Origin: Octopus sinensis | Taxonomy: Eukaryota | Assembly (NCBI RefSeq): GCF_006345805.1 | Contig: NC_043008.1 | Location: 25,358,001-25,422,000 of the forward strand | Direction: 5' to 3' | DNA length: 64,000 nt | In this document: positions 11,813 to 25,124 of the stretch, piece by piece | Position numbering within the stretch: position 1 is the stretch's first letter | Layout of the letters: every line of letters begins with the position of its first letter | The notes under the pieces: generated by a model | Seen by the model: only the letters and a program-made list of their open reading frames with translations | What the model was told of the DNA's origin: nothing | Databases searched by the model: none | Made by a program: the position numbers and the translations under genes

Positions 11813-11853
<41 letters not shown>

Positions 11854-11859
11854 TAGCTG

Positions 11860-12990
11860 CCACCCTTCATCATTCCAATAAGGTGTCCAGTCCAACGTAA
11901 TCAGTGCTTGTGCACCATCACCTCAATACTCAAAGAATCAGCTGTCCTCAGGACCTGTGTGTCTGGAGTTTTTGAGGTCTCACCAACATTCAGAATGTGT
12001 CTCTAACATCTCTGATGAAAGCATTCAAGGACCTTTACATGAGGTTTGTAAAGGGTCCATGTCTCACATGAGTAAAGGAGAAATGACAGTAAACTTGCAT
12101 GGTACACAGCAATTTTTGTTTGCCTTGTGAGGTCATGCTGAGACCAGACAGGAGCCTGAAGAGACCTGCAGCCTGAAAAATATTTCATCATCCAGGGAGC
12201 AAGAATGGCTGAGTGTGCTGCCCAGGTAGACATACATGTCTACCACTTTCAGTATTGTTCCTTCAACCAAAATAACTGCATTTCCTGGTGCAGCCTGGAA
12301 CATTACCACAGTCTTGTCCAGGTTAAGGCTGAGTTTAAATGCCTTGCAAGAAGCAGAAATACAATCCATAAGTATTGCATGTCAGTCACTGAATGAGTGA
12401 CTAAGTCACAGTCATTTGCATAAAGGAGGTCATGAATAAGAGACTGAAAAACTTTTGAATTGGCAGCAAATTGGTGCAGATAAAGGAAGAGTCCAGATGA
12501 TCGATACCTGACATATATTCCCAGAGAGGTAAACTTGACAAAAGCATGTATAAAAGCAACAGCAAAGTCCAAAGAAAAGAGAGTTGGGGCAAGGATGTCA
12601 CCCTACTTGACACCATTTTCTACAGGAATGGGTCCCACTATGTCACCACCAACATTGACCCAAGCCTCCATCCCATCATGAAATGATTTAATTATAGATA
12701 CAAAGTGATCTGAACATCCAAGTTTGCCAAGTATTTTCCATAGCAATGCCCTATTAACAGTATCAAAGGCCTTGGTTAAATCAATGAATATTCTGCTCAT
12801 AGCACTTCTGCATCTATCTTGCTGTGAAAGTCATATCCATTGTTCCTCTACCAAATCACAAAACCTCAACACAAATTCCTTCCTTTCCAGGTTCCCTACC
12901 AAGATTCAATTTACTTATTGATGTCATTACTTCATCTATTGATGGCTTGGAATTTAAGGTGCCAGTGATAGGTCTTTGTTGCATAATATC
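11860..12990 (-). mobile_element. Decayed RTE-clade LINE fragment (RT region)
   Basis: FIDLTKAFDTVNR, NGVK, LLYAND, YLGSTLS, LYSCETW, LRWTGHL on the minus strand; 3' end cut off next to (TA)n. Confidence 0.88.
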
Positions 12991-13680
12991 TGCTGGTGAC
13001 AAAGGGCTTCTCAATCAGGGTGAAAGGTAGACTGTATGATGCGTGTGTGCAAACTGCCACGCTACATGGCAGTGAAACATGGGCTGTGACTGCTGAGGAC
13101 ATGCGTAAGCTTGCAAGGAATGAAGCTAGTATGCTCCGCTGGATGTGTAATGTCAGTGTGCATACATAACAGAGTGTAAGCACCCTGAGAGAAAAGTTAG
13201 ACATAAGAAGCATCAGGTTGGTGTGCAGGAGAGGTTACTGCACTAGTATGGTCATGTGTTGCATATGGATGAGGACAGCTGTGTGAAAAAGTCTCACACT
13301 CTAGCAGTAGAGGGAACCTGTGGAAGTGGTAGAGCCAGGAAGACCTGGGAGGAGGTAGTGAAGCACGACCTTTGACCATTGGACCTCATGGAGGTGATAA
13401 ATGACCGAGACCTTTGGAGATATGGTGTGCTTGAGAAGACCCTGCAAACCAAGTGAGACCATAACCATGGCCTATGCCAGTGAAGCATAACCAGCCTATT
13501 TAAGAGTACTCTTCAATTAATGAGCAATAAACTGCGCTTGCCAAGTTCTGTTGAGTCAAGTGAAGTCATTGTCATGGCCGATGACAGTACTGCCTGATTA
13601 GCACCCAAGCCGGTGGCACGTAAAAAGTATCATTCAAGCGTAGTCACTACAAGTGCCACCTGATTGGTCCTGTGCAAAAA
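12991..13680 (+). mobile_element. RTE-type LINE 3' fragment with repetitive 3' UTR
   Basis: KGRLYDACVQTATLHGSETW...YGHVLHMDEDSCVKK...GRARKTW; same family as 18800-20282 and 61000-61836. Confidence 0.85.
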
Positions 13681-13689
13681 AACTATGTT

Positions 13690-13855
13690 TATTTAGGTCT
13701 ATTTAAACAGGAACTCTGGACAAAATGTTATAGAGCATGACCATCCTTGGGACATAAGTAATGTGTGTGTAAAGTTTGGTGAAAATCGGTTGAGAATTGT
13801 GGAAACATATGAGTTAGTCATTATACACACACACTGTGATTTGTATATACTAGAT
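13690..13855 (-). mobile_element. Helitron/Helentron-like non-autonomous fragment
   Basis: Minus strand ATCTAGTATATAC...AACCGATTTTCACCAAACTTTACACAC, similar to 33-245. Confidence 0.4.
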
Positions 13856-13856
13856 G

Positions 13857-14017
13857 ACAGATTTCTTTCAGTTTCCATCCACCAAATCCACTTATGAGGC
13901 TTTATCTGACCTGAGGCTATAGTAGAAGACTCTTGCCTAAGGTGCTATGCAATGCGACTGAACCTGGAACTATGTTGTTGGGAAGCAAACTTCTTACCAC
14001 ACAGCCACACCTGAGCC
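13857..14017 (-). mobile_element. tRNA-derived SINE 5' half
   Basis: Reverse complement of the 546-700 family. Confidence 0.75.
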
Positions 14018-14185
14018 TACTTGGTGACTATTTTTATATATATTTTCAATGACTGACAGTTGACCTCTACCAAACTGAGACTGTGTCATTGAACACATTA
14101 CAGAAATGGATGTAAGCCAGTAGTTCTCAACCAGGGTCCATTTAGCCCTTGGGATCCCATATAAAATTGTATTGTTAAAATTTAT

Positions 14186-14563
14186 GTGCAGGCATAGCTT
14201 TGTGGTAAGAAGCTTGCCTCAGAACCATATGGTTCTGGTTGAGTCCCACTGCATGGCATCTTGGGCAAGTGTCTTCTATAACCTAGCACCAACCAAAGAC
14301 TTATGAGTGGGTTTGGCAGATGGAAACTGAAAGAAACGCATCATACATATATGTATATATCTATGTGTCTGCCCCATCATTGCTTGACAACTAATGTTAG
14401 TGTGTTTACATCCCCGTAACTTAGCAGTTCAATAAAATGAGACTAACAGAATACGTATTAGGCTTACACAGAATAAGTCCTGGGGTCGATAACTTCAACT
14501 AAAACCCTTTGAAGTGATACTCCAGCGTGGCCACAGTCAAATGACTGAAACAAGTAAAAGAAT
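14186..14563 (+). mobile_element. Near full-length tRNA-derived SINE
   Basis: Head, core, and 3' part ending CAGTCAAATGACTGAAACAAGTAAAAG. Confidence 0.8.
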
Positions 14564-14914
14564 GAATTGCTTCTACTTCTGCAATGCACATATTTTAATT
14601 TTTTGTACAATTCCTTGTAATGTTTAATTACAAGCATAGTGTATGATTGTTTTCATATCCATTGAATGGCTATGGAGGTCAAGCAGAGTAAAAGAGGAAT
14701 CGAAGGGGCCAATAGGAGAAAAATGGTTGAGGACACACACACACACATGCATGCATGCACACACAGATGTGCACACAGAAACACAGAGATGCATTCTTAT
14801 AAACACATGCACTACAAATGCATACAGATAAGCGCTCATACACACAAATATGCTTACTAATGTGTGTAACTATACATAATTAAGGACATACACACACACA
14901 CATGGAAAGTTATC

Positions 14915-15298
14915 TTTTATCTTGTTTCAGCCATTTGACTGCAGTCATGCTGGGGCACCACTTTGAAGGGTTTTATATAAAAAAAGTCAATCTGGGACTC
15001 ACATTTTAAGTGTATTACTTATTCTATCAGTCCTTCTTGCCAAACTACCTAAGTAATGGGGACACAAACACCCTTATTCCAGTTATCAAGTAATGGTGGG
15101 GGACAAACAGACACAAAGACACACACAGATACATACATATATATACACGACAGGCTTCTTTCAGTTTCCATTTTCCAAATCCACTCACAAGGTTTTGCAG
15201 AAGACACTTGCCCAAGGTGGAGTGCAGTACCACTGAACCGAGGACCATACAGCTATGAAGCAAGCTTCTTGCCATCAAGCCACATCTGCCCCTATGTG
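14915..15298 (-). mobile_element. Near full-length tRNA-derived SINE
   Basis: Reverse complement of the 14186-14563 family. Confidence 0.8.
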
Positions 15299-16106
15299 CA
15301 TTAAAAAAATATTACATTCAGTTACTTGCAGTTAATTGCATATATATTCTCAAATGCAAGGTAAAGTAACATACACCTACAGATGTGAGCATACATACAA
15401 ATACTTAATACACACTCACTCACAGGCACACAAACATGCATTTGTAAATGGCCTCGTTTAAAGAACAGGGGTTCAAAGCTACACACACAACATCTTCCCC
15501 TCTTTTACTTCACAAGCTCTCTTTCTGCTTACACTTTCTCTTCCTTTCCAGCCTCACTCATTTTCTGAGATACAAAAGGAAGACAGAGCAGAAACTATTG
15601 TCGCAGGAAAATAGTGCATAGCTGGTTATTGAAACAAAGAAAATGCAATTGAAATATAGTTGAGATTATTGTTTGTGTGTGTGTGTGTTTATATATATAT
15701 ATATATCAAAACACAAAACTGGATAAAGCTTTTGTACTATTTATTCAACATTACACATGTTTCATTTGCTAATAGGAGTTACAAAGTTGTACCTGTGGGA
15801 TAAACATGCAAGATTTCTCCTATTAGAAATCCTTTAGACAAGAGAAACAAATAATTTGATTCTATCTCAAGAATTTTTTTTACATATTTCTCCTACATTT
15901 ATAATTTTGTAACTCCTACCAGCAAATGAATCCTATGTAATGGTGAATAAACAGTACCAACTTTTTTCTCATTTTTTTTGTTTTGTTAAACAATAATGCA
16001 AAAGATATTTTCCATTATTTTTCAACACTTATGCATATGTCACAAATATCTACATACAATTTTGGAGTACTGGAATAAGCTTTGATTATGACTCTATTTA
16101 CACACC

Positions 16107-16152
<46 letters not shown>

Positions 16153-18799
16153 CATATGCATACACACACACACGTGTGTGTGTGTGTGTGTGTGCAGATG
16201 TATTTATGTATGCATATATACACACACCTACATGCATACACACACTGATTATGCTAGTTGTGGGAAAGATTACTTCATCTTTCAATATGTGTTTATGTTT
16301 ATATATCACTAGAGAGAGAAAAAGACAGTGTGGAAGAATATGTATGCACACATTTAAGTGTGCCTGTAAAAAAATTATCATTATTGAAGTTAATTACCCA
16401 GAGTAAGTTACATAGATTTAAACAAACACAAGGTCACAGCCATACTAAAAGTCACAGACACTGATATGTACACAAATACGCAAGAGCACTTTCAGAGAGG
16501 GATGCCATTGTTTAAAGTAAAATACATTAGGAAATTGTAAAATGCTTGAATATATATGAGAAATGTGTGCATATGCATATATACATATGCACATGCATAT
16601 ACAAGCATATACACAGGCATACACATATATGTCTTTATCTATTTTTCCTTTTATATTTTTTCCATTTCAATAACCACCCATGGAAATTATTTTTGTGATA
16701 AATATTATCATCAATGATTCTGAAATTTATTACTTGTGCAGCAACTAAAATTTCAGTAGTAACTAATAACTCCATATAGGATGGCTGTCGTAGTTATCAA
16801 TGAAAATAAGCATACATTATCAGTTAGCCACCAAATGTCATTTGTACTAAAATTATACAAATTGAACAAAAAATTGATGTTTATCATTTATTTAGCGAAT
16901 ATCTTTCTTTGTATTTTTGCAAATCATTGTCTTAAATCTGGCTGTGGAAATAAAATGGATAAAAATCATCTAAGGGACAAAAATTTAATCAAGTTATTAA
17001 GGTTAAGTGATTGTAAGCAAAATATTTGATGAAAGTCTGATATTTACTTCTTACAATATCAGAATTCATCAAACTGAAATACTATAAGAATTTCTAAAGA
17101 ATGATTCAGCCATACATTGCTTTGAATCTTAAATGAAACATAAACTTAAAACTTTTGAAAATAGGCTAGTGGCCAATTTAGATCTAATGTAAAAATCCTT
17201 TTATGATGCCTCTTGTCACTTAATTCTTTTATTCTTTTATTTATTTCAGTCCAAAAGTTGTGACCATTCTGGAACACTGCTATTGAACAACATCTAACAT
17301 CAATGGCATTGTAATTTGTCAGAGCACAAGAGAAGTGTTTATCACAGGGTTTTTTTTTTATGCCAGGTGGCAAAACTTGGTATCATGGTAATTGTATGAA
17401 TTGTTTGTGGATGGTTTTTGATTCAAATGTTTGAAACTATTTAACTTTTATAGAAACTTTCAAAGTGTACTGGATACTATACTCTTTCTATGACAATATG
17501 GATTAAAGACATTGTCAGTGTGGAAATTTCTTGAGAATTCTGGAATTCTTTGATCCATTATGAATGAACATTTAGATAACATTAATGTTTCCTCAATTAA
17601 AAAGAGAACACAAATAAGTAAATTATTTATCGTATTAGAGGTATTGAATTTTTTGTTATTGTGAACAAGTTAGAAATGAACATAAATATGCAAAATAAAT
17701 TTGAGTAATTGTAGATACTACTCCTTATTCATCACATATAAACTGATCTAATTAGTATTATATATTTATCTTGACAATGCTTCAAGGCAATATTCATTTT
17801 TAAAAATGCAAAAATCAATTGAATTTTGTTAGCTATACTTGAAAAGAGCAGAAATTTGGCCACATTTATTGACACTCTTAGTACACAATATTCTATTTTC
17901 TATCTGTTTTGGTCAAAACTAGTATTGAAACTAGTTATCAGACAAGTTTAATCCATTGACTGTATTTGTGTGTGTAAAACTTGCTTATATTTTTGCTGCT
18001 GGATTCTAATGGTAATTAGGAAGAGTTAAAAGTATTAAGATTTTTTGCAGTTCTTTAAAAGGCAGTTAAGTCCTTATACGGAATTTACCTCCAGGAATAA
18101 TTATAGAAATAAGAAGCATCCCAATTTATTTACATTATAGCATTTTGAAATTGCATCAGCCCAGTAAGAAACAAGAACCACATGTCAGGTAATCTTATTT
18201 TATGTTTTAGTCAATTACTGTCCTGTCCATTTGTGCAGGTGGTTAAAGTAATCCAAAATTCCATGTGGTTTCACAGCAAATGATGCTTCTAAACTGATAT
18301 ATTTTGAAATATAAGCAAGAGAAAGAAAAGAGCAAGCACTGGCAGAAAATGGCAGTGGTTTACTTGGTCAACAGGCAAGTCATGCCACTTTGACCTTGCA
18401 CTAAAGGACCACCTCACCAAGCATGAAAACTTACATTTTCTTCTCCTTACACCAAACATACATTTTCACACACTAGCTACTGGCATTCAGCATAACAGTC
18501 TTAAACAAGTAACCTTTGTGATGTCAATATGGAAATAAATAGAATTCATTAAAACTGAATCTTGTGGTTGATTTTCGAGGGAAACAATATGCTGCCTTAA
18601 CAAATTTCCAGCTCCCAACTAACCAAGCCACAATGAACTTTTGAATGCATCATTAAAGTATTGGTCTGGGTCAAAATTTTAAAAGGATTTCACTATCTAC
18701 AAATGCTACGGTTGATGCAGAACTAAATAAATTGGAAACCTTATTAAATGAGCTAATTATCTTACATAAAAGCAGGATGTTTTTTAATGAATTTATATC

Positions 18800-20282
18800 G
18801 TCATCATCATCATTTATCGTCAGCTTTCCATGCTGGCATGAGTAGGACGGTTTAACTGAAAACTGGCAAGCCAGGGATCTGTACCAGGTTCCAATCTGAT
18901 TTGGTATGGTTTCTATGGCTGGATTCCCTTCCTAATGGCACCCACTCCAAGAGTATAGTGTGTGCTTTTTACTTGCCACTAACATGGATGCAATTTATGT
19001 GACACTGGCATTGGCCACGACTATGACCTCATTTGGCTTCACAGGTCTTCACAAACACGGTATATCACCAAAGCTCTCAGTCACCTGTCATTCCCTGCAT
19101 GAAGTCCCAATGTTCAAACGGTGCTTTTTACGTGCCACCAGCATAGGTGCCAGTCAGATGGCACTGGCATCAGTCATGACTACAATTTCACTTGGCTTGA
19201 CAGGTCTACACAAGCATAGCATATTGCCTAATGTTTGAAGAATGCTTTTTACATGCCAGTTATGCAATACTGGCCTCAGCCACAACTACAATCTCACTTG
19301 ACTTGATGGGTCTTCTTAAGCACAGCATATCGCCAAAGGTCCAAGTCACTTGTCATTGCCTCCATGAGGCCCAACATTCAAAAATCACCACCTCATCCCA
19401 AGTCTTCCTTGGTTTACCTCTTCCACAGGTTCCTTCCATCATTGTCCATATGCATCACATGACCACACCAGTGCAGTTGTCTCTCTTGCACACCACATCT
19501 GATGCCTTTAATGCCCAACTTCTCTCTGAGGATGCTTACACTCTGTCATGCAAAGACACTGACATAACACATCCAGCAAAGCATACTAGCTTCATTTCTT
19601 ATGAGCCTATGCATATTCTCAGCAGTTACAGACCATGTTTCACTGCCATGTAGCATGGCTGTTCATACACAGGCATTATACAGTCTGTCTTTCACTCTGA
19701 GAGACAGGCCCTTTGTTACCAGCAGAAGTAAGAACTCTCTGAACTTTACCCAATCTACTTTATTTCAGAAGCTATGTTCTTGGAGCATCCACCCTGCTAC
19801 TGACTTGGTCACCAATGTAATGGAAGCTATCGACCACTTCCAATTTTCCTTCTTGACATTTGATGGAGTCTATTTTCTGTACATTTTTAGTGTTAATTGT
19901 ACTTGTGCACCTTCCACACACAAAAACTATCTTTTCAGTTAACCTTCCTCTGATATTTCTTGCACCTCTTATGTGTCCACAGCTTACATTGGGTACATTT
20001 TATGGAGTTTCTACCTATGCCTTTTCTATAGATCAAGCAGGATCATCTACCTGAAAGGATTTGTAATTTGTCTGCTCTCCTACCTTCTAAGATTTTGGTT
20101 TTTACTAGATTGACTCTAAGGACTTTTGATTCTAAACCTTGCTTCCATGTCTGAAATTTCTTCTGTAATTCTTGTTGTGATTTGGCTATAAGAAGGTTAT
20201 CAGCATAGAGGAGCTTTCAGAGGCAGCCAGTCTTAATTTCCTCTGTTATTACCTGAAGGACTATGATGAAAAAGAGCAGGTT
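18800..20282 (-). mobile_element. RTE-type LINE 3' part (RT end, tail, repetitive 3' UTR ending in (GAT)n)
   Basis: LLFFIIVLQVITEEIKTGC.KLLYAD at the right end; tail homologous to 12991-13680. Confidence 0.85.
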
Positions 20283-20287
20283 AAATA

Positions 20288-21164
20288 TAAGGTACGTTCA
20301 AAAAGTATCCAACTTTGATTTTTTTCTTGCCAAAACAAATGGCATGTGAGCAAAATCCCCTGGGTGGGAGGTGATGTCACCAATTCTGCACACGAGAGAA
20401 AATTTTCATACTGGTAGGCTGAGTCAGTTTCTGGTTGTTAAACCTAGAAGACAGATGTGTAGTGTACACTCATCAGATTTTCTTTTTTATTGAATTGCAT
20501 CAAGTAGAGATGTTTTGCCAAAAGCTTGGTGATAATCAAGGTATCCAGAAGATTCAGCAGGCCTTTGGCAATGATGCAATGGGCAAAACTCAGATCAAAG
20601 AGTCATACAACTACTTCAAACATAGCAGTACCTCAGTGGAAAGCGAACCAAAATGAGGAACTGATTGAGAATGGTGAATAATTATAGAAGACCGTTGTGT
20701 AACAAACCACGAGATTGCTCATAAAGTGAGAATAAACACATGATCAACGTATTCCATTTAAATGGAAAATTTGTGCATGTGGAGAGTGTTGGTGAAATTC
20801 ATCCTGAAGGGGGCTGATGGACCTGCAGAAGCAGCTCTGCATGGAAATCATTCAGGACACGCTGGACTGCACAAACCACAACTCAGACTTCATGAAGATC
20901 ATCATCACTTGTGATAAGACATGAGTTTGTGGTCTCTACTCGATGCATTTGTTCATTTTGCATGAAAGAAAAGATCCAACGAGCATGCACTACATGTCCA
21001 TACTCTGTGTGCATAACAGCAACAAACTGACACAGTGTACTGGCACAAATATTTTCACACACATGCAGAAAGGGTGGCATGCCCTCCCATGCAAAGAAAT
21101 TTGCTGACATGGCATTAGTTTTGGTGGAAAATATAAAAGTCAGATGCTTTTTTAATGCATTTCA
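20288..21164 (+). mobile_element. Mariner transposon remnant
   Basis: Degenerate TIRs (AAGGTACGTTCAAAAAGTATC / GATGCTTTTTTAATGCATTTC); QQAFGNDAMGKTQIKE helix-turn-helix fragment. Confidence 0.75.
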
Positions 21165-21544
21165 TATTTTCCATTGAGATGTGAAAGAATATTTTTGGCG
21201 ATGATGAACAAATAGTGCATACAGATTTACTAACATTGATGAGAGGTTTAAGAAGTATTTTACATCATATTTGACTCAGGTGTTGTTAATATTTGAAGAT
21301 GCTTCAGTAAATTATTTTGATTTATCTGGAAATATCCTGAAATAGAAAATGATCAGACTCAGCTCAATTTTAATCAATTATGTGAAATACAGAAAGTTGA
21401 TATATCAACTTATGGTGAAATGTTACATTTAAAACCAGTACACTGATCAAGTATTTTTCTTAACTCACTTTTACCAATGAATTATTAAACAAAATTACTG
21501 AACTGCATCTTGATGTACTTTTCCCTAATGTAATAATCCTTCCT

Positions 21545-21751
21545 ACTATAGGCACAAAGCCAGAAATTTGGTGGGAGGGGACTAGTTGATTACATTGACC
21601 CCAGTGTTTCACTGGTGCTTAATTTATCGACTCTAAAAGGATGAAACACAAAGTTGACTTCGGCAGAATTTGAACTCAGAATGGTGCAACAGGTGAAATA
21701 CCGCTAAGCATTTCATCCAGTGTACTAATAATTCTGCCAGTTTTCTGCCTT
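21545..21751 (-). mobile_element. MetaSINE-like tRNA-derived SINE
   Basis: Same core as 6330-6550. Confidence 0.7.
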
Positions 21752-22409
21752 CCCTAATGTAATAATAACGCTTTAAATTGTTTTACTGTCTATCATTTAT
21801 TCATATATGGTGGAAAGTTGTTTCAGTGATTTAGCTTTATTAAGAATATAATACAATCAACAGTTGCCTAGACAGCTATCTTATTTGGAGATCTTAGTAG
21901 TTAAATCATTTCGTGTACATGAACTTAATTATGACTCTGTAAATGGTGTTTTTGTTCATTGTAAAACTAGAGATGTTCCTTTGTAACTCTTATTATGAGT
22001 ATAATACTTTGGCTTGATTATATCATGAAATTCTTATGTTTATTTCCAGAAGTTGCCAACTTGGCTATTTGCACCTATACCTATGGATTTTTCTTTATCA
22101 ATACTTTTTAACAACTTAGAATACTAGAGACTTTAATTAATTTTGGTATATTATTTTCTTCTTAAACATTTAAATTTTCCCTAAATTAATCAAAAAGTAA
22201 TCAACATTTTCTCTACTTAGTTTAGTCAAGTATCTTTACACAGGCAATCATCCTGTGTTAAACCTGAAGGTGTTCAAAGGCACTTATGTCATATTCAATG
22301 TAAAATTAGCTAGAAATATTGTAGATAATTGAAAATGTATAATTCTTCAGCAAAGAAAACTCTATCTGTGAGAGCATGTATAACAAATATCCAGACATTT
22401 ATTCATGTG

Positions 22410-23288
22410 TGAGGTAGTAACAAGAAGTTCCAGGACTAGTTATGTCTAATAAAAAATATCTTATTTATGTAAGTTTTAACAGCATCACCTTGTGCAGCAA
22501 AACACCTGTCCCAACATTCCTGCCACTTTTGAAATCTGGCCTGGAAGTCATTTTCTGTGAGTCAAGGACATTCTACAATTTACTCTGAATCTTGACAATG
22601 GTGTTAAAACAGTGTTCTTTGAGCTGCATTTTCACCTTGGGGAAGAGATGGGTGTCCGTAGGTGCTAAATCTGGTGAATAGGGTGGATGCAGAAATGATG
22701 CCATGTTGTTTTTGGTGAGAAACCCATGAGTGAGGAGAGCTCGGTGACAGGGTGCATTGTTGTTGTGAAGAATCCAATTCTTTGTGAGCCACAGATCTGA
22801 TTGCTTTTGCTGAATGTCCTTCCTTAAATGCTTCAAAACGTGGTGGTAGAACTCTTGACAGTCTGGCTCTGGGAGATGAATTCTCGATGCACAATACCAC
22901 ATTTCCAGGAGTGATGCTTATGGCAGGTCTTCTAGATCGTTCATCATCTTTCAGAGACATTCATCTGCTTTTGAAGTGCCCATGCCACTCAAAACATTGC
23001 ATGTGACCCTTTGTCTCATTGTCATAAGCTTGCTCAATGTCTTTGTAGCAGACTTCCTAAGTTTAATGCAAAATTTCACATTGGTTCTTTGTTCCTGTCC
23101 ACGACAGAATCACAGACTACAGCATACATGTGATCACAAATTTCATGACTTGTGAAGTAAACACAATGATGTCCTCTGGCACACCGCCTCATGAAGGTCA
23201 CTGCTAGCTTCAACTGTGGATGCAACTGTGTGCTGCCATCTGTAGGCATGCTACAGAACTTGTCCAGGAACTTTTTCATACCACCTCA
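22410..23288 (-). mobile_element. Mariner (DD34D) transposon remnant with both TIRs
   Basis: TIRs TGAGGTAGTAACAAGAAGTTCCAGGAC / GTCCAGGAACTTTTTCATACCACCTCA; WILHNNNAPCH, HPPYSPDLAP motifs. Confidence 0.9.
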
Positions 23289-25124
23289 TACATAAAAATA
23301 CATCAGATATGATTGGCAGTTTTATAAAATCATTGCATATAACTTTTAGGGTCATGTACAGTTTTTATCAGATCTTGTGTACAAAAAAGCCTGTTAGTTG
23401 TTGTATGTTGACTAGATTAGTAAATTATGCATGCCACTACAGAATTTACTGGCATGTATGTCAAAAGGATTAGTTATTTTTTTAGCAAATATAAAGGTAA
23501 TAACTGTTCTACAAAATGCTGAAAGTCATTTAACACTTTGTGATAGTAAACTGTAAATTATAATAGGCAAATTAGAAACAATCTGGATTGATCAACCTGC
23601 TAAAAGAAGCAGATGAATTTCCTTCATTTACATCCTTTATCTTAAAAAGGAGACAAAATGTTTTTGCTTTTAATGCTAGGTTTGCTTGATCAAAGCTGAC
23701 ATTGAGCTCAGTAATGCAACTGGAGTTAGCACTAACACTATGGACAATTACTTATTGTCACCCTCACTACATTTATGAAGATGAAATCACATTTAATTCC
23801 TTGATAAACAGTCTCACACAAATTTCATCCTCTTGCAATCCATTTACTATTTAGTTGTCATGCACCAAACACATAAACCATAAACAGAAACTTTGGAAAT
23901 AGTTGATAGAAGAACTCGTTAGAGTGAAGGTTTACATCTGCTCATTTTAAATAGGCTTCTGTATCACTAGCCATAACTTTACTGTTGTCATCATGTGCCA
24001 CATATATCTAAAGCACTCACAATCAACTCCTATTTTAATAAGACTAATGTAATGTAATGTTTCTGTTCATGGATAAAACATAACTAATGAACAGAAAACT
24101 ATAAGATATAAAATAAAAAGATACAATTACTAAAATAACATTAATTGTATATGAGAAAAATTATATAAAAGCAAATGAAAGAAAGTAAGAATTATTTAAG
24201 TTTAATCTTGTGTGAAAGCATTTCAAAACCTGCTTTGCTGATAATATCAGTGTGGCAGAATTAAAATTGTGGTGATATTTGGTGTATGGCCATTTTTGTA
24301 GTTTAGACAATATTGTCTGGGACACAATTTTTTCACTTGTCAATATGGCTCAAATGTTGCTTGATCCTTTCAGTGGTTTCATTTCTCTCATGATAATACT
24401 ACTGGCACAGAGGCAAAAGAGTTTTTTCTTAGGTCAAACACAAAAATTAGGGACAGTTATTATATACTTCACTGTCACATTGACTGCAAAAGGAACTTAT
24501 ATTTTTCTTGCCTTAAAATTCACCATAGGATTCATACACACTTGTAATCCCTTTCAAAATTATTCCTAACAAGATAAACTTGCCAAAGAAATACACCAGA
24601 AAAGTTTGCAATAAATTTATGAAAAAATAAAAACCATCCATAATGCACAATAAATATAGCATCTTATTTCCAAACAGAAAGTATCAATTCTTTTGAATCA
24701 GGTAACATATGTTATTTCTGCACTCATTAATCATTGATATGCCATTTGAAATAGAATAAACTTCCTGTCTCATGTCAATTATTGCTTTATAAATCAATGT
24801 TTATCTAAGTGCTTGCTGCTGTTGTTGTTGTTATCATTATTATTGTTGTTATTATTTGAAATATGCATAGAAGTAATTCTAGAATAAAATCTTCATCTAT
24901 ACAATATTTTTAATAAATTTATCATTGAAAAGTTAGAGGCTGCTGTGTTTGTCTAGGGAAAAATTCCTTTATAAACATATTGTGTTAAAGAACACATACT
25001 TTAGACATGAAAGCACCCAAGAATTGACCACAAGAGTGACAGATATGCATTTCACCATAGTTGTGGCTTATTAATGTCACATACTTGTATCACTTCTGAA
25101 ACAAGGTCAAATCAGCCAATCTGA

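Larger units (their letters stand above)
8849..11820. repeat. ~565-bp tandem array with internal inversion; retrozyme-like, hammerhead-bearing
   Basis: Forward unit starts (TTATATAAAAGGGC) at 8849, 9414, 9983, 10537; orientation flips at 10867; inverted unit boundaries at 11153 and 11717; (TA)n flanks at 8799-8848 and 11821-11852. Confidence 0.95.

Noticed and set aside
8849-11820. CRISPR array, or tracrRNA-like GTTAGAAATAGC motif
   Set aside because: No unique spacers, eukaryotic context; the motif is one arm of an internal hairpin and the resemblance is coincidental
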